From positions 1-62,449 of the IMG/VR virus record IMGVR_UViG_3300006923_000022: a stretch of DNA of 62,449 bases. The stretch is one strand, 5' to 3'. This stretch comes from a virus. Lineage: Duplodnaviria > Caudoviricetes. Positions within the stretch are counted from its first letter, which is position 1, and the number at the start of each line of letters is the position of its first letter. Made by a program: the position numbers and the translations under genes. This document shows positions 20,696-30,980 of the stretch, piece by piece. The notes under the pieces were generated by a model. It did not search any database. It was not told the origin of the DNA and was given only the letters and a program-made list of their open reading frames with translations.

Positions 20696-23600
20696 TAGAG
20701 AAGCTATAGGCACCGAAGGTGTTCCAAATATTTATATTTCAAACATCTCTGTTTATGATTCATCTGAACAGGCAAATAACTCAGACACCATTGTAAAAAT
20801 GGAACTAATGTTTAACAACGGTTTGGATGATCACAAACAACCCATTTTTAATTATTCTTCCGGCAAAGCCGCTGCTACGATAACATTGATTTATATATAC
20901 AACAAGCAAGTCTTCGAAGCACTGTTGAATAGTAAGACTGAGAAGGAAAAGAAGCAGATTATAAAAGCCCAATCCGGCTTTGGAAATTTAAAGACAGAAG
21001 AAATTGCTCTTCCTCCATTAGACATAAAAAAACTGTCTATGCACGAAGTTACGCCGATTTATATAAAGAAACAATTTAAACTTGATTCTAAGAACGAAAG
21101 CTGCTATGTTATGGCAAATATCAAAAGAGGTCGTACCTTGGGACCCTCTGCTTCGGAAACTATTCTAGAAGGCAAGAATGTTGTCGAGGATTCTTTTATA
21201 CTGAAGGTTAAGGGAAAAAGTCAAATATGGACTGGTCCTGTACATGAACAGGATGGAAAATTCAAAGGAGGCTCCTTTAGAGAAAAGGCTTCTCAACCAA
21301 CCCTAATTAAAGTCAGGAGTCCAAATTATAAAACAAAGGACTTTAGAAAACTTAAAGAAAGGTCATCAAGAAGAAAACTTAAAGAAAGGTCATCAAGAAG
21401 AAAACTTAGAAAAAGGCCATCGATAGGTAGAAGTTCATCAAGAAGAAAGCAGAGTGAAAATAACTATTTTTCAGATATTAAATATTCTCCAGCAGAAAAC
21501 GGTTCACTAAATTTGTTGTTCTCTATTGACACTAGGGAAATGCTTATCAAGAAAAGCAAGTATTCTTCAATATTAAAAGACTATAACGAAGATGTGTTCA
21601 ATGCCGTATCCCAACAGATTGGCGTCAAGAACATCTCTGTTTATTTTAAAAACGTAAAACAGCCCCAAAGAGAAATCGCAACCAGCGGTGACCGAGGGGG
21701 AACAGTCTCTTCTGTTTATTATTATAGAGATTCTTCAACAACAAAGCCAATAAAATATTCTACTATTCGAGAACAAGAAGAAATTTATTCCAGTTTAGAA
21801 GAAGTAGTACTCAGTGCAAACTCAAACATTAGAACCTTTCGATGTCAAATTCATGAAAAAGAAATACAAACGGTAAAATTAGCGATAGAAATTCAAGACC
21901 CTTTTGAAAAGTATTTGAACAAGTTGATGTACGAAGCCAAGAAATCCAACAGTATCGTCAAGAAATATTCATCTATGCTACGAAAAAGAGATACTTTTGA
22001 TCGTTCAACTGGGCGGTTTAAAGAACGAGTCCTAGCAGACAAATATGATGACGCTTTAGAACTTTGGTATCGCCCTGTTGAAACTTATATGAAAATTAAC
22101 ATTTTGACTCGTAAGATGAGTAGTGCACAAATAAGACAAGAGACCATTAAGGCTTTTGAAAAAATGGCTCCGAGAAGTTGTACTCCGGAATCAATTGATT
22201 TATTTGTGAATGAATTTTCCAAAACCCTATCCCTTTTTATATCAAAATATTCCTTGAGAACTGGACAAAGGGGTCTGTCTCGTCGATCTGGTAGAAGATC
22301 ACCAACACCGAGACGCGATACTTTTGAAAAGAAATACAATATAAATTACAAGTTTAACAAAAGAATTTTATCTTATTTAAGCACAACAGACACCTTAGGG
22401 CAAGTACCTATTTATACAAAAACACAGTTTGCCGCAGCCATAGAGGCTGAACGTGCCAAATTTATGAACACCTCGAACAGGTATAGCTCAGATACAGCTC
22501 GAGCTCCTTTAGAGGCTATACGAGGGGCGAACAGTGAAGAATATGAGAATTTTAACCTTAGTCCAAATAAATTACACAACTTATCGAATATTATGAACTT
22601 TTCTGATATTTCTTTGCTGGACGAAGAACACTTAAGTGAGTTTTATAAATCAAATCTTCTAGATTCTATTGATTTAAATTCTCTATTTGGTAAAAATATC
22701 TCGGTCCGGTTCTATGAAGAAGAAGAAAACATAGCAGATACTGAGCTAGCCTTGGGCCAATCTTCTCCATTTCAGGCTGCCGATAACATATATCGGAGAC
22801 AAACTAGGACCACGTCCCTATCCAAAAAAGCTATGAGAGCCCTAGGAAGACAGAGCAATACATCTTATGGTTTGTTTAACAGATTGGACGTCACAACTCC
22901 AAAGAATTTTTTGTCAAGTAAGATCCAAACTACAGCCGAGAAAATACCATTTCAGCACAAATTCTTTTCAAACTCAGAAACCATGGGTTCTCTATTTTCC
23001 TCTACTCAAGAATTTTTAAACAACAGACCATTGACAAAAGATTTGGCCTTTTTTAATATACAGAAAATTTTATTCCATGCAGGATATAAAGCAGATTCAA
23101 GCGGAACTTTGATAATCGGAATGCCTATAAGGAAACAGATAGGTAAGCAACAGTTTGATAAATTATCGCAACCAACCCTTTGTGAACTCGTAAGTTACGA
23201 AGATCCATCACTATTAAATAGAAAAAATTCTTTTAAAAATTATGCAAAAGGGAATACATTCTTTGTGATAGTTCCTGATGGGTATAACTTCGCCAAAACG
23301 ACAAGGGCCATGGTTCAGCCCTTTTCATCAGTGCTTAAGAGTGCTTATGGAAAATATATCTCCACAACGATATATGAAACAAAATATTTAAGAAATAACA
23401 TAAACACAGAAACCAGAGAAAGAAAGAGTCGTATCCCAAAGAGACAAAAGAAAGAGAAGTCTGCCTTGGCGACAGAAGCGTCCGAACGCAGAAGAAAAGC
23501 GGTGAGGAAGAGACGGAAAAGAGGGCGAAAGAAGTATGAACGTAATGAAGAAAAACTAAAAAAGATGATCAGCAAAACGGTAACTCCAGATAATAAAACT

Positions 23601-23897
23601 GCTGATCAATTGATTCAAACCAAGGAAACTCCAAAGAAATCTAGACTAACTACAGAGGAAACTGAGCCTTCAAGCCATAGAGGAAAATCAGTATCCAAGA
23701 GGAGTCGACGAGCACGTCGCCAAGCCATGGAAGCCGAACGCAAAGAGCTTGAAGCATTGGAAGCAAAGCAAAGAGCAGAAGCCGCATGGGCAAAACGCAT
23801 GGCCGAAGAAGCAAAGAAAAAAGCAGAAGCAGAGGCAAAGAAATCTAAATCATCATCAAGAAGATCAAGAAGATCAAGAAGAGACCGGAAGAAATGA
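20688..23897 (+). CDS. Large hypothetical virion-module protein with Arg/Lys/Ser-rich tracts
   Basis: Long ORF; GTG at 20688 follows GGAGA and is a more likely start than 20625. Basic low-complexity segments internally and at the C-terminus. Confidence 0.55.
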   Translation: MINREAIGTEGVPNIYISNISVYDSSEQANNSDTIVKMELMFNNGLDDHKQPIFNYSSGKAAATITLIYIYNKQVFEALLNSKTEKEKKQIIKAQSGFGNLKTEEIALPPLDIKKLSMHEVTPIYIKKQFKLDSKNESCYVMANIKRGRTLGPSASETILEGKNVVEDSFILKVKGKSQIWTGPVHEQDGKFKGGSFREKASQPTLIKVRSPNYKTKDFRKLKERSSRRKLKERSSRRKLRKRPSIGRSSSRRKQSENNYFSDIKYSPAENGSLNLLFSIDTREMLIKKSKYSSILKDYNEDVFNAVSQQIGVKNISVYFKNVKQPQREIATSGDRGGTVSSVYYYRDSSTTKPIKYSTIREQEEIYSSLEEVVLSANSNIRTFRCQIHEKEIQTVKLAIEIQDPFEKYLNKLMYEAKKSNSIVKKYSSMLRKRDTFDRSTGRFKERVLADKYDDALELWYRPVETYMKINILTRKMSSAQIRQETIKAFEKMAPRSCTPESIDLFVNEFSKTLSLFISKYSLRTGQRGLSRRSGRRSPTPRRDTFEKKYNINYKFNKRILSYLSTTDTLGQVPIYTKTQFAAAIEAERAKFMNTSNRYSSDTARAPLEAIRGANSEEYENFNLSPNKLHNLSNIMNFSDISLLDEEHLSEFYKSNLLDSIDLNSLFGKNISVRFYEEEENIADTELALGQSSPFQAADNIYRRQTRTTSLSKKAMRALGRQSNTSYGLFNRLDVTTPKNFLSSKIQTTAEKIPFQHKFFSNSETMGSLFSSTQEFLNNRPLTKDLAFFNIQKILFHAGYKADSSGTLIIGMPIRKQIGKQQFDKLSQPTLCELVSYEDPSLLNRKNSFKNYAKGNTFFVIVPDGYNFAKTTRAMVQPFSSVLKSAYGKYISTTIYETKYLRNNINTETRERKSRIPKRQKKEKSALATEASERRRKAVRKRRKRGRKKYERNEEKLKKMISKTVTPDNKTADQLIQTKETPKKSRLTTEETEPSSHRGKSVSKRSRRARRQAMEAERKELEALEAKQRAEAAWAKRMAEEAKKKAEAEAKKSKSSSRRSRRSRRDRKK
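21345..21421 (+). repeat. In-frame 27-nt tandem repeat (2 exact copies plus a degenerate third) encoding RKLKERSSR
   Basis: agaaaacttaaagaaaggtcatcaaga at 21345-21371 and 21372-21398, then agaaaacttagaaaaaggccatc. Confidence 0.9.
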
Positions 23898-26020
23898 CTA
23901 CTAAAACAATATATATTATCAAGGGGCATGTGTTACATATCCCCGACAGTGGGCTGCTTAACTCAGATCTAAATAATCAAACGGTGACTTACGAAGTGCG
24001 ACCAAACTTTAATTATTTGGCCGCGAATTACAACGATAGTTATTCCTTCCTAGATGAAAGAAATATGCCTACACCATATTCTGAGATTCTTCAAAATGAA
24101 ACTCTAGAAGCTTCATACTCAATAAGCGGTTTCAATGTAATAATGGGTGGAAACATAGATGCGGGACAAGAAGATTCCATCGCTGGAGCTGCCAGCCCGC
24201 GCCAAGTTTTCCTAGGAGGTGCTGGATCTATTTCATCTAGAAACAGCGTTTACCTACCAGTCTTTAATGATATCATCTTAACCAACTCATCTAAAACCTG
24301 TTTGGCCAATTCTTTGGCTCACTATTTTCCACAACATGTGGAGATAGTCGTAAGTGGTGCCCCAATTAAGAATAGTGCTATAGCATTATCATGTTTATCC
24401 GAGACCGGTGGCTTCTATAATCTGATAGCAGACTTTGTAATAAACAGACAAAACGAAGCAGAAGAAGATAAAGATCAAAATGGAAATAATTTACGACATT
24501 GGAAATTTTGGGAAACAGCAAATGCTGAGACCATTGCCCTCGAGGCAGCTGCGCTGGTGGCAGAGGAAACTTTTGATGACACGACGAATACAGACACTAT
24601 ATTGGGAAACCAGAGCCTGTGGGTACCAGATGATACGCTTGAATGTATCAATCCGATTGATATTGAAGAGATGTTGCCACTTTCTGATAGGGATCTTATT
24701 TTTGACAATATAACATCTGCTACTCAAGATTTATTCTCTTCATCTGGAATCTCTCTTTCAAAAGATCAGTTTCTTTTCTATAAAGTTGAAAAATATGACA
24801 ATGACAAACCACTTACCCCAGTCCAAACCTTCTGGGTAGCAAACACCAGCACGAGTGGCTCTAATATTAAGATAGTTGATACACAAGTGAAGGTAGGGAA
24901 AACCTATACATATAAGTGTTTCGGCTTCTACCTTTCTTTTAAAAAAACACCTATTGTTAGAGAAATTAGAATGTTTGAAGTTCCAATGTTTGAACAAAGT
25001 TGCAAAATAGAACAACCCTCTTTACCTCGTCCACAAGTATCTTTCTCAAACATAAAGAATTCAAAAGATGAAATAAAAATAATGTTGAATCTATCTTCAA
25101 ACCCTGAAAACGGAGAGTTCTACGGTTTGAATCCTTCGGAAAAGGGCGATTTCGATACGAGGCATGAAAACTATGATATCACAAAAGAAAAAGATAAATT
25201 TGTCTACGAGACAGACTTAGGGCGGTATCAAATATATAAGATGACCGAACAGCCTCAAATGGGTGAGACAAACGACCCATATACTAATATAATTGAGAAC
25301 TCAATAACAGGGTCTGTTGAGGGAGACTTTGGCGGAACAGCAGCGCATTTTATTGATAAGATACGACCATTCAAGAAATACTACTATGTTTTTAGAAACG
25401 TAAACCATTATGGGCACTTTTCCAATCCTTCGCCGATTTGGGAAGTCGAGTTAACACAAGATGCAAACGAGACATTCTTAAGTTCAAAAGTTGTCGGCTT
25501 TGCTAAGCCAAACATGGACAAGTTCTTGTTGTCTAAAACTATGATGCGAATGTTTCAAGTGATTCCTTCGCCGGCACAGACGACATTTGATCCAAACTCT
25601 GTGCTTACAGTTACAGAAACAGAGACCATCAAAGACATCGATGGGAATCAGATATTCGGATATTATGATGATGATGGGAACATAATCCAAATTGGACATA
25701 AAGGAATAGAGAACACAACAGTTTATTTGGAAGGAATAGAGAACAGAATTGATTTTGGCGTACTTAAAGCCAAATCGGATTTCTTATCCACAACTGATAA
25801 TAACGTCAGTTCTTTACAGCCTTACAACTCAAATAATCCATTACCAACCCTAGGTATAGTACCAGAAAAGATATGGACAACAATAGACTCTTCCGGAAAT
25901 ACCATAGATGAAGGCAAGAGATTTAAGATTAGATTGGTGTCAAAAGATACCGGAAGAAAAATTGACTTTAATTTAAGATTTGTACTAAATAAAAATTATA
26001 ACACCAATGGACCAAATTAG
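23894..26020 (+). CDS. Structural protein with FN3/Ig-like segments
   Basis: IVDTQVKVGKTYTY and FIDKIRPFKKYYYVFRNVN..G.FSNPS resemble FN3 C-terminal strands; baseplate context. Confidence 0.45.
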   Translation: MTTKTIYIIKGHVLHIPDSGLLNSDLNNQTVTYEVRPNFNYLAANYNDSYSFLDERNMPTPYSEILQNETLEASYSISGFNVIMGGNIDAGQEDSIAGAASPRQVFLGGAGSISSRNSVYLPVFNDIILTNSSKTCLANSLAHYFPQHVEIVVSGAPIKNSAIALSCLSETGGFYNLIADFVINRQNEAEEDKDQNGNNLRHWKFWETANAETIALEAAALVAEETFDDTTNTDTILGNQSLWVPDDTLECINPIDIEEMLPLSDRDLIFDNITSATQDLFSSSGISLSKDQFLFYKVEKYDNDKPLTPVQTFWVANTSTSGSNIKIVDTQVKVGKTYTYKCFGFYLSFKKTPIVREIRMFEVPMFEQSCKIEQPSLPRPQVSFSNIKNSKDEIKIMLNLSSNPENGEFYGLNPSEKGDFDTRHENYDITKEKDKFVYETDLGRYQIYKMTEQPQMGETNDPYTNIIENSITGSVEGDFGGTAAHFIDKIRPFKKYYYVFRNVNHYGHFSNPSPIWEVELTQDANETFLSSKVVGFAKPNMDKFLLSKTMMRMFQVIPSPAQTTFDPNSVLTVTETETIKDIDGNQIFGYYDDDGNIIQIGHKGIENTTVYLEGIENRIDFGVLKAKSDFLSTTDNNVSSLQPYNSNNPLPTLGIVPEKIWTTIDSSGNTIDEGKRFKIRLVSKDTGRKIDFNLRFVLNKNYNTNGPN

Positions 26021-26029
26021 TAGAAAAAA

Positions 26030-26037
26030 ACTACTTA
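26030..26037 (+). promoter_or_regulatory. Putative late promoter motif (ACTACTTA)
   Basis: Intergenic, 22 nt before ATG 26060, with an AGGAG SD between. Confidence 0.6.
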
Positions 26038-26059
26038 CTAGAGATTAGGAGCAACAAAT

Positions 26060-27007
26060 ATGGGTTTTTTAGATAACAGCGGAGATATCATTTTAGATGC
26101 AGTGTTGACCGACCACGGTCGAAAAGTACTTTCTAAAGGGGATGGCTCTTTTCAAATTGTAAAGTTTTCACTCGGAGACGAGGAAGTAGACTATGGAAAC
26201 TATGACTCATCAAACACAAACGGGTCTGCGTATTATGATTTGGAGATCCTACAGACTCCAATCCTAGAAGCATTTACTGACAATGCTATCTCTATGAAAT
26301 CAAAATTGGTTACATACGAGAACTTGGATTTGTTGTATTTACCAGTGCTCAAATTAAATGAGCAAGCGCAATCCAACAAAATGCACAGCAGTGGTTCTTT
26401 TATTGTAGCTGTTGATGGATATACTGAGAACGACAACGGTAGCTCTTCAACGCAAGACGGAATTGGATACAACTCAGCCGGAAACATAATAGATGGTATT
26501 ATCTTCGGACAAACATTAGGCGCCGGAGCATCAATTAGGGTAGACCAAGGTCTCGACACAACTGCTATTTCTTTCCAACAAAACCTTGATGCAGATATGA
26601 TTGAGTCAAGTTATACAATTCAGATTGATAATCGTTTAGGTTCTGTAGCCACAAAACAAGGTTCTGCTGTATCAGCAGATTATTTTGATGACGACAATAT
26701 AGCATATTACACAGTAACATCAGAAGATGGTGTTATATTTGCTAATAATAATAGAACAGAATCGGAAGGCACACAAGTTATTCAAGGACCTAGGGGGACA
26801 ATATTGCAATTTAAAATCAGAGCCTCTTTGGAATTAAATACAAGCACTTTCCTATTTACAGAGATAGGAAGCACATCTAGACTAGATAGTAGAGATGGAA
26901 CAGGTTCAGAAGTCTATCATATTGACACTATTGTTAGAGTGACAGGCGTAACAACAGGATATTCAATTGACCTTCCTGTTCGTTTTGTAAAATATAAAGC
27001 AACTTAA
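26060..27007 (+). CDS. Tail-base/collar structural protein
   Basis: MGFLDNSGDIILDAVLTDHGR..F.LGD.EVDY resembles the N-terminal part of tail-fibre anchor (DUF3751-like) domains. Confidence 0.5.
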   Translation: MGFLDNSGDIILDAVLTDHGRKVLSKGDGSFQIVKFSLGDEEVDYGNYDSSNTNGSAYYDLEILQTPILEAFTDNAISMKSKLVTYENLDLLYLPVLKLNEQAQSNKMHSSGSFIVAVDGYTENDNGSSSTQDGIGYNSAGNIIDGIIFGQTLGAGASIRVDQGLDTTAISFQQNLDADMIESSYTIQIDNRLGSVATKQGSAVSADYFDDDNIAYYTVTSEDGVIFANNNRTESEGTQVIQGPRGTILQFKIRASLELNTSTFLFTEIGSTSRLDSRDGTGSEVYHIDTIVRVTGVTTGYSIDLPVRFVKYKAT

Positions 27008-27020
27008 AGAGAGATAAAAC

Positions 27021-28151
27021 ATGGCTAATATTGGAGCATTTAAAACACTTGGAGCAAACGACGCGGTTTCGACCCGTACTCTTTTGCATGAAGCAATTCC
27101 TTTAACAGGAAGTATCGTATCAGGTACATACGCTGATGGGAATATTAAATTTCACACACATGGTATGTTTACCAGCGTGTATGATTACCCTTACCTCAGT
27201 TCATCAGCAAATCATATTTTTGATATAACTGCTGGTTTTGGTTTGAATTCCGGACTGTATAACGCGACTAACACACAATACAAAAAGAAAAAGAACATAT
27301 ATAACCAAATGGCCCAAGTGCTTGTAGGTTACGATATAACTGGCTCTATTTTGGATTTTGATGAAGACGGAAATATTCTTGCCGGTGGAACAAAACTTCA
27401 AGAAGTTTTTATCTTACCTTTCTCAAGACTTTTAGTAAAGGATGAGATCAAGAAAGGAACTTTCAATCTTGAAATGGGGATGTTACCAGCTTATTCACAA
27501 GGTGGTCAAGTCTTCGACAGAAGAATGCTAATAACAGACTTCTCTGGCTCAACTGGTTACTTTACAAACTCTCCTGCTGGGGAATACGGTATTTTATATG
27601 CAACAGCATCTACACACGGATCAACAGCAGATAATGGCTTGAATCCTCAAATGCTAGCTGCAAATCAAAGATATGCTGTTGGTTTAATATATTATCAAGC
27701 AGGAATTGCAATTATTTCTGGTTCTATTTTTAACACTGCTACCGAAGGTGGTATTTTAAGAGATAGTTATCAATCCGTTTCAATGTCTGGACCTTCAACA
27801 AACGCAGAAAGATTAAATGCTGTGTTGACCGGCTCACTTATCACAGGTTCTTGTGACAATTTTAGAAATAGAATCTACAATTTGTCCTTCAACAATACGG
27901 TTGAGCTTAACTCTACCATTTATTTCTGCCGAGCAAATCACAATGAATTTAATTATTCAACGAACCCAACATATCTTGCTGGTTCAAAGATTGCGGTTAA
28001 AGATAAAGCAACTGATGATCCTATATCTTATATTACAACTATTGGATTATATTCAGCAGCAAATGAACTTATGGCGGTTGCAAAACTCTCAGAACCACTA
28101 AAGAAGACTCCATCCCAAGAATTCACTCTAAGAGTTAGATTAGATTACTAA
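27021..28151 (+). CDS. Tail-base/collar structural protein
   Basis: C-terminal FNYSTNPT..YITTIGLYS..NELMAVAKLSEPLKK..LRVRLDY, shared with the next gene. Confidence 0.5.
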   Translation: MANIGAFKTLGANDAVSTRTLLHEAIPLTGSIVSGTYADGNIKFHTHGMFTSVYDYPYLSSSANHIFDITAGFGLNSGLYNATNTQYKKKKNIYNQMAQVLVGYDITGSILDFDEDGNILAGGTKLQEVFILPFSRLLVKDEIKKGTFNLEMGMLPAYSQGGQVFDRRMLITDFSGSTGYFTNSPAGEYGILYATASTHGSTADNGLNPQMLAANQRYAVGLIYYQAGIAIISGSIFNTATEGGILRDSYQSVSMSGPSTNAERLNAVLTGSLITGSCDNFRNRIYNLSFNNTVELNSTIYFCRANHNEFNYSTNPTYLAGSKIAVKDKATDDPISYITTIGLYSAANELMAVAKLSEPLKKTPSQEFTLRVRLDY

Positions 28152-28152
28152 T

Positions 28153-28160
28153 ACTATTTA
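28153..28160 (+). promoter_or_regulatory. Putative late promoter motif (ACTATTTA)
   Basis: Immediately after the stop codon, 16 nt before ATG 28177, with a GAGG SD. Confidence 0.65.
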
Positions 28161-28176
28161 TTCTTGAGGTAAAAGC

Positions 28177-29595
28177 ATGGCTCTTTTTAAATTTGACGAC
28201 AACGATATATTCATAAACACATTAGAGTCTTATCCAGAATATAGCTTTTATATTGTAAGTGGAACTGTTTATATCGACAACTATCCCAATCTATCGGGGT
28301 CTCATGATAACTATACGGTGAACACTGGTATAGGTAATAAATTTGGCGGCTCTCCATCTCTCGGAGTTCCAGAAGGTTTTATATCTTTATACGAATACAA
28401 CATCAATAGACCATCAGGCTCCATTGTTTATCGTATTGATGAAACTAGGTTCAACGAAGATCATGCTCCGGACGATGGGCACAATAATTTTGGTATTGAG
28501 TCCATAAGAGTCAGCGAAACCGATGCAACTGGTTCTACAATAAGACCGTTTGTGATAAGAGACGGGTTCAAACATTCTTTGAAGACTTATGCCGATTCTT
28601 CTTATAACGTGTTGTTTGATGCTGGTGAGCTGGTTGATGGTGCTTACAAAATGTCTGCCTCTATCACACAATATAACTACACCGCTTCTGCGGTATCTAG
28701 AGTGTTCGATGGTAAAAAGAGTTTCGCATTATCAGGAGATTTGTCTGATCAAGAAGCAATCCCATTCTCAATAAGAAACACTTTGAGAAAGTATCAATTC
28801 CGTTCTCCACATATGAAACTTATAACAGCAGCGCCTTTACCAGCAAGAGACCTTCGCTTGGTTGAGTGTGTACTTACCAACATCCCTTCTATATTTTACG
28901 GGAAGAAGATAAAGCCCGGATCCGTTGAGCTAAACTACTATGTAACTGGTACACTTGTTGGAACACTTAAGGATAGTGCGTACAACGGAGAACTAAAACA
29001 GACATACCAAATATATGATACAGCTCGCTCAGGCTCAGTCCAAGGTATCGTCTTATATAACGAGGGCCTTATAATCTTGACCGGTTCTCATCAATTAGGG
29101 GAGGACAATAGTATCGATTACGTTGATCACGATGGGATATCAACCGGAAATACCCTAAACAAATGGACACACTTCGGTTCAGGTTTGCATCCACCATCTC
29201 ACACCCCAACCATACCAGCAACTTTAGGAATACGCCCAGCGTTTGAAATAAAATATCAAGGCGTATCAAACAAAGAAACGCTGTTGATGATGAGTTACGC
29301 TCGACAAGGTGAGCTAAACTGGTCTAATAACCCGACGTTTGTTGATCAGACCAGCCCATACCTAGGAGTATACACAACAAGTTCATATAAATATACTGAG
29401 GAGGATGTGTTATTGGCAAACGTCACAGACACTCAATTTGCAGATTATACACCAGAACAGAAGAAAGAGACTTACATAACGAAAGTAGCTATCTATGACG
29501 AGCTGAAGAATCTCATAGGAGTGGCAACTTTGGCCAATCCAGTCCGTAAGACAGAGGATAGAAAATACACTTTCAAATTAAAAATTGATTTATAA
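28177..29595 (+). CDS. Tail-base/collar structural protein, paralog of 27021..28151
   Basis: C-terminal LNWSNNPT..YITKVAIYD..NLIGVATLANPVRK..FKLKIDL. Confidence 0.5.
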   Translation: MALFKFDDNDIFINTLESYPEYSFYIVSGTVYIDNYPNLSGSHDNYTVNTGIGNKFGGSPSLGVPEGFISLYEYNINRPSGSIVYRIDETRFNEDHAPDDGHNNFGIESIRVSETDATGSTIRPFVIRDGFKHSLKTYADSSYNVLFDAGELVDGAYKMSASITQYNYTASAVSRVFDGKKSFALSGDLSDQEAIPFSIRNTLRKYQFRSPHMKLITAAPLPARDLRLVECVLTNIPSIFYGKKIKPGSVELNYYVTGTLVGTLKDSAYNGELKQTYQIYDTARSGSVQGIVLYNEGLIILTGSHQLGEDNSIDYVDHDGISTGNTLNKWTHFGSGLHPPSHTPTIPATLGIRPAFEIKYQGVSNKETLLMMSYARQGELNWSNNPTFVDQTSPYLGVYTTSSYKYTEEDVLLANVTDTQFADYTPEQKKETYITKVAIYDELKNLIGVATLANPVRKTEDRKYTFKLKIDL

Positions 29596-29596
29596 T

Positions 29597-29625
29597 TTGA
29601 CAAACCCTCAACCATATGTTATAAT
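29597..29625 (+). promoter_or_regulatory. Sigma70-type promoter (TTGACA-17-TATAAT, extended -10)
   Basis: TTGACA at 29597-29602, 17-nt spacer ending TGT, TATAAT at 29620-29625. Confidence 0.85.
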
Positions 29626-29630
29626 AGAAT

Positions 29631-30143
29631 ATGATCTTAGGAATAGACATTAGTACAAGCAAGATAGGAATATCTATAATTGATTATGATGAAAATTTAA
29701 TCTTATCTGAATTGATAAAGATGAAGTCCTCAGACTCACTTGAAGTCAGAGCTAAGATCTTTGATAAGAAAATGATTGAAATAAGGGGGAACTATGAGAT
29801 CAAACACATATTCATCGAGCAGCCATTCATGGCATTCTCGGGAGGCAAAACGACAGCAGTTACTATGGCAAAGTTGCAACGCTTTAATGGTATGTGTTGT
29901 TATGCCGTCTATGATTTATATGGCTTTTCTGCATCGCTCATACAAGCTAATAAAGCGAGAGGACTCGTCGAACTTAAAATCAAAAGGGGTGACAACACGA
30001 AGCTCAAGGTTATTGAATGGGTTAGCGAAAAGTATCCAAAAGATTTTATAGTAGAGTATACAAGACACGGTAATCCAAAACCCGGAACCGATGACAAAGC
30101 CGACGCAATCGTTATTGCAAATGCTGGATTAAAAACTATTTAG
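29631..30143 (+). CDS. ruvC: RuvC-like Holliday junction resolvase/endonuclease
   Basis: RNase H-fold catalytic pattern ILGIDIS..IFIEQP..DDKADA. Confidence 0.8.
   Translation: MILGIDISTSKIGISIIDYDENLILSELIKMKSSDSLEVRAKIFDKKMIEIRGNYEIKHIFIEQPFMAFSGGKTTAVTMAKLQRFNGMCCYAVYDLYGFSASLIQANKARGLVELKIKRGDNTKLKVIEWVSEKYPKDFIVEYTRHGNPKPGTDDKADAIVIANAGLKTI
30135..30142 (+). promoter_or_regulatory. Putative late promoter motif (ACTATTTA) overlapping the ruvC stop
   Basis: actatttag; 18 nt before ATG 30161, with AAGAGG SD. Confidence 0.6.
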
Positions 30144-30160
30144 TCCAAGAGGTGTTTGGA

Positions 30161-30925
30161 ATGCATGAAGATAAATGGCAAAGATTTTTATTAAGAGAAC
30201 AATTGCTAAAAGATGAAGAGTATGTTCGTAATGTCTTAGGTGAAGCATGTGTTGGTAACAATGAACTGATGCTACAGGAACAACTCCTTTTAGAATCTTT
30301 TTTTGAAAAAGTTAAAGGACTTGCTGGTAAGGGAAAAAGTACATTTTCTGTTATATCTAAAATATATAAAGATCCTTCAAAAATAAGGATGTTTTCTGGC
30401 TTTATTGATGACAATATAATCAGACCAGCGTTTAAAAGTATTAAAGAAAAAATTGAAAAAATTCAAGATCTTATAAAAAAACAGAAAGACGATATGTTTG
30501 TTAAACCTTTATATTCATTGTTGGAAATTTTTAACGACCGTGTGAATAAAACATATAATTCAATCAAAGCCGTTGCAGAACCTTGGAAAAAAACGATGGT
30601 GGCAATGGCTTTCGCCGCAGCACTGGGTTATTTGAAAGAAAAGATATTCGACATGATACCTATTACCAAGACCTTGGAAGATATTTTTAATTTTTTTAAA
30701 GACGAGGTTGTTGGCTTTTTAAAGGATAAGCTTGGAGAACAGTTTGTAGATGCTACTATTGGTGTGTTAAGTGGTGGAGTTACTACATTTATATCTTGGG
30801 TTACTAAGATAGTAGGAAATGTTTCTTTTATGTACGATATTTTAGAACCAGCAATTGAGCCGTTTCTAAAGGGAGCGATATCTTTATCCAAATTCGAAGA
30901 AGTATACAAGAAACCAATTTATTAA
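30161..30925 (+). CDS. Hypothetical helical protein with W..FL..E leader (possible capsid-internal protein)
   Basis: MHEDKWQRFLLREQLL; several L-x-E sites near the N-terminus; hydrophobic helices further on. ATG 30161 chosen over GTG 30152 from SD spacing. Confidence 0.5.
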   Translation: MHEDKWQRFLLREQLLKDEEYVRNVLGEACVGNNELMLQEQLLLESFFEKVKGLAGKGKSTFSVISKIYKDPSKIRMFSGFIDDNIIRPAFKSIKEKIEKIQDLIKKQKDDMFVKPLYSLLEIFNDRVNKTYNSIKAVAEPWKKTMVAMAFAAALGYLKEKIFDMIPITKTLEDIFNFFKDEVVGFLKDKLGEQFVDATIGVLSGGVTTFISWVTKIVGNVSFMYDILEPAIEPFLKGAISLSKFEEVYKKPIY

Positions 30926-30933
30926 TTTTTTTC

Positions 30934-30961
30934 TTGACAAACTTTAGAAACGTGTTATACT
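30934..30961 (+). promoter_or_regulatory. Sigma70-type promoter (TTGACA-16-TATACT, extended -10)
   Basis: TTGACA at 30934-30939, TGT then TATACT at 30956-30961; GGAGG SD before ATG 30981. Confidence 0.75.
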
Positions 30962-30980
30962 AAAATCATCGGAGGATAAC

